In this document: positions 32,483-35,104 of the stretch, one piece after another
Numbering within the stretch: the stretch's first letter is position 1
How the letters are laid out: every line of letters starts with the position of its first letter
Assembly: GCA_022736605.1 (NCBI GenBank)
Contig: DZDB01000005.1
Location: 1-35,104, forward strand
DNA from: Sideroxydans lithotrophicus
Lineage (GTDB): Bacteria > Pseudomonadota > Gammaproteobacteria > Burkholderiales > Sulfuriferulaceae
Reading direction: 5' to 3'
Length of the DNA stretch: 35,104 bases
Notes under the pieces: model-generated
What the model was told of the DNA's origin: nothing
The model's database searches: none
Seen by the model: only the letters and a program-made list of their open reading frames with translations
Position numbers and translations under genes: made by a program

Positions 32483-33013
32483 ATGATCCGTCCGGTGCTG
32501 AAAATGGGCGACCCACGCCTGCTCCAGATTGCCGCACCGGTGACTGCATTCGACACGCCCGAACTACACGCCTTGATAGCCGATATGCGCGACACCATGG
32601 CGGCGCTTAATGGCGCTGGCCTGGCCGCGCCGCAGATTGGCGTCGACCTGCAACTGGTGATCTTTGGCTTGCAGGCCAATCCGCGTTATCCAGATGCTGC
32701 GCCAGTGCCTGACACAGTACTCATTAACCCTGAACTCACGCTGCTCGGCGAACAAATGGACGACGCCTGGGAAGGCTGCCTGTCGGTGCCCGGCATGCGC
32801 GGACGCGTGTCACGTTACACGCACCTGCACTACCGGGGATTTGATGCCTGCGGCCAGATTATCGACCGCACGGTCAGTGGCTTCCATGCACGGGTGGTGC
32901 AGCACGAGGTAGATCATCTGCTGGGCATCCTGTACCCGATGCGCATTGCCGATTTACGTAATTTTGGCTTTACCGAGGTGTTGTTTCCGGGGCAACCGAT
33001 CTCGGCTGACTAA
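32483..33013 (+). CDS. def: Peptide deformylase (second-copy type, not linked to fmt)
   Basis: [15 protein letters not shown] and QHEVDHLLG motifs intact. Confidence 0.95.
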   Translation: MIRPVLKMGDPRLLQIAAPVTAFDTPELHALIADMRDTMAALNGAGLAAPQIGVDLQLVIFGLQANPRYPDAAPVPDTVLINPELTLLGEQMDDAWEGCLSVPGMRGRVSRYTHLHYRGFDACGQIIDRTVSGFHARVVQHEVDHLLGILYPMRIADLRNFGFTEVLFPGQPISAD

Positions 33014-33016
33014 GCA

Positions 33017-35104
33017 TCAAGTTTTCAGCACCTGCAACAAATCACTTTCCATCTGCAATAAAGCTTTCTGCTTGCCCAGACTATCTCCCTGAATCATGAA
33101 AGTGTCTTCAGCGCGCTCCCCCAGCGTGGTGATTTTGGCCGCATTGATACGCACAGCGTGCTGGTGCAAGACTTTGGCGATGGCTGACAACAGGCCGGGC
33201 CGGTCGCCGACAACAATACTCAACGCATAAAACGCGCCTTTTTCGTCTGGCCGAAGGCTGATTTCAGGTGCCAGCGGAAAATGCTTGAGATGGCGGCTGA
33301 TACGCCCCTGCGTCATCGTCGGCATAGCTGCACCGTCCGCCAGCGCAGCACTCAGTTCGTGCTCGATATAACTTAAAAAATCACGGTACGGCACGTTGCG
33401 CTGAACCGGATCCATCACCAGAAAACTGTCCAGTGCATAGCCGTTGCGCGTGGTATGGATTTTGGCATCAAGAATGGTATAACTCAGCCGCTCAAAAAAT
33501 CCGCAAATGCGCATAAACAATTCAGGCTGGTCAGGTGTATAAATCAACACCTGAACCCCCTCACCGATTGGACTCAAGCGTGCGCAAACAACCGGTTTCA
33601 GGCTGCCGATACGATGCCATAAATGACGTGTGTGCCAGGCAATTTCCTGCGCCTCGTGACGCAAAAAATAGCCTTCATCAAAGGTATTCCAGAGCGCTGC
33701 TTCGGCCTGATCTTCCAGGCCATATAAACGCAGTATACGACGCGCCTCGGCCTGCACCGCAGCCATGCCGCTGATCGGTAAACTGGCGCCACCCAATCGG
33801 CGCCGGGCAGCGTAAAACAGATCTTCCAGCAGCTTGCCCTTCCACGCGTTCCACACTTTCGGGCTGGTGCCACGGATGTCGCACACGGTTAGCAGGTACA
33901 AAGCAATCAGATGACGTTCGTCCGGCACCTGAGCACAAAAACGGGCAATCACATCAGGATCCGACAAGTCCTGCTTTTGCGCAGTGGCCGACATCGAAAG
34001 ATGGTGCGCCACCAGCCAGCCAACCAATGCTACGTCGGCTTCAGGCAAACCGTGCTGGCGGCAAAAACGCAGCGCGTCGACTTTTCCCAAGCTGGAATGA
34101 TCGCCACCCCGCCCTTTGGCAATGTCATGAAACAAGGCCGCCAGATACAATCCTTCCGGACGCTCAAACCCGCTGATCAAGCGGCTTGCCAGCGGATATT
34201 CATGCGCCAGCTCGGGGATGTTCAGACGGCGCATGTTACGCAGCACGGTGAGAATATGTTCATCCACCGTGTAAATATGAAACAGGTCATGCTGCATCTG
34301 CCCGACGATGCGACCGAACGCCGGTATATAGCGCCCAAGCACGCCGTAGCGGTTCATGCTGCGCAACGCCCAGGTCAGCCCGCGCGGTTCGCGCAGGATC
34401 GCCATAAACCGCGCACGGTTGACCGGATCACGCCGGAATGCCGGATTGATATGTGTCCGTGCGCGCCACAGCGCACGCAGGGTAATCGCATTCATGCCCT
34501 GTAATTCGGGATGGCATTGCAGTAGATGGAAACATTCCAGAATCGCACTGGGTGCTTGCTCGAACAGCCTGTCATCTATTGCTTCGAGTAAGCTGCCGCG
34601 CACCTGAAAACGGCTGTTCAACCGCGCTGCGACCGGTGCCAATCCACTTTCAAACACACGCGCGCGCAGGCTGGGAATCAGAATATCGCGCATTTGTGCA
34701 ATGGTTTTGGCGCTACGGTAGTAGCGTTGCATGAGGATTTCGCTGGGTCGACGGTTGGCGCTTCCATCCAGCCTATACTGTGTCGCCAGCGCATTTTGAA
34801 AATCAAACAACAGCCGGTCTTCACGCCGTCCGGCGAGATAATGCAAGCGGCAGCGCAATTCAAAAAGGAAACGCTCCAGTGCCTGAATGGCGCGCATTTC
34901 GACGTCGCTAAGCAAACCCGCTGTCACCAGATCGCGCCAGCGTCGGCCAATGCCAGCTGCCTGCGCCAGCCACAGCAAATTGTGCAGGTCACGCAGACCA
35001 CCCGGACTTTCCTTGAGGTTGGGCTCCAGACTGTAGGCGCTATCATTGTAGCGGGCGTGGCGCTGATCCTGTTCCAGCAACTTGGCTTCAAAAAACGTCT
35101 GGCT
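33017..35104 (-). CDS. glnD: [Protein-PII] uridylyltransferase/uridylyl-removing enzyme, 5'-truncated by window edge
   Basis: LEPNLKESPGGLRD, MQHDLFHIYTVDEH, HD motif LFHDIAKGRGGDHS, WNAWK, two ACT domains (DQPELF, DRPGLL); frame open to the window end. Confidence 0.97.
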   Translation of the reverse strand, partial: SQTFFEAKLLEQDQRHARYNDSAYSLEPNLKESPGGLRDLHNLLWLAQAAGIGRRWRDLVTAGLLSDVEMRAIQALERFLFELRCRLHYLAGRREDRLLFDFQNALATQYRLDGSANRRPSEILMQRYYRSAKTIAQMRDILIPSLRARVFESGLAPVAARLNSRFQVRGSLLEAIDDRLFEQAPSAILECFHLLQCHPELQGMNAITLRALWRARTHINPAFRRDPVNRARFMAILREPRGLTWALRSMNRYGVLGRYIPAFGRIVGQMQHDLFHIYTVDEHILTVLRNMRRLNIPELAHEYPLASRLISGFERPEGLYLAALFHDIAKGRGGDHSSLGKVDALRFCRQHGLPEADVALVGWLVAHHLSMSATAQKQDLSDPDVIARFCAQVPDERHLIALYLLTVCDIRGTSPKVWNAWKGKLLEDLFYAARRRLGGASLPISGMAAVQAEARRILRLYGLEDQAEAALWNTFDEGYFLRHEAQEIAWHTRHLWHRIGSLKPVVCARLSPIGEGVQVLIYTPDQPELFMRICGFFERLSYTILDAKIHTTRNGYALDSFLVMDPVQRNVPYRDFLSYIEHELSAALADGAAMPTMTQGRISRHLKHFPLAPEISLRPDEKGAFYALSIVVGDRPGLLSAIAKVLHQHAVRINAAKITTLGERAEDTFMIQGDSLGKQKALLQMESDLLQVLKT

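Overview
This is a core-chromosome window from a betaproteobacterium; a Nitrosomonadales-like assignment is my inference from gene order and protein style. It holds 32 CDSs (typA and glnD are cut by the window edges), one tRNA-Leu(CAG) and several intrinsic terminators and sigma70-like promoters. Order: typA-rmuC-aminotransferase >< Ala/Pro-repeat lipoprotein, roxA-like JmjC <> slyD-accA-tilS, ndk-rlmN-pilW-rodZ-ispG-hisS-yfgM-bamB-der, [GalT-like nucleotidyltransferase + GAF-GGDEF-EAL], hfq-hflX-hflK-hflC-hisZ-purA >< tRNA-Leu <> rnr-rlmB-hpt-Tim44-like-MTI phosphorylase-def >< glnD. I found no mobile element, CRISPR array, prophage, defence system or pseudogene, and I cannot support a clearly new multi-gene system. 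The best leads are: (1) the two-gene GalT-like/c-di-GMP insert that splits der-hfq, with a CxxC inside its EAL domain; (2) a small disordered repeat lipoprotein preceded by a palindrome of helically phased CTAG motifs; (3) a consensus tRNA promoter superimposed on the rnr translation start; (4) a probably leaderless roxA-like gene. All calls come from reading motifs and synteny; no searches were run.
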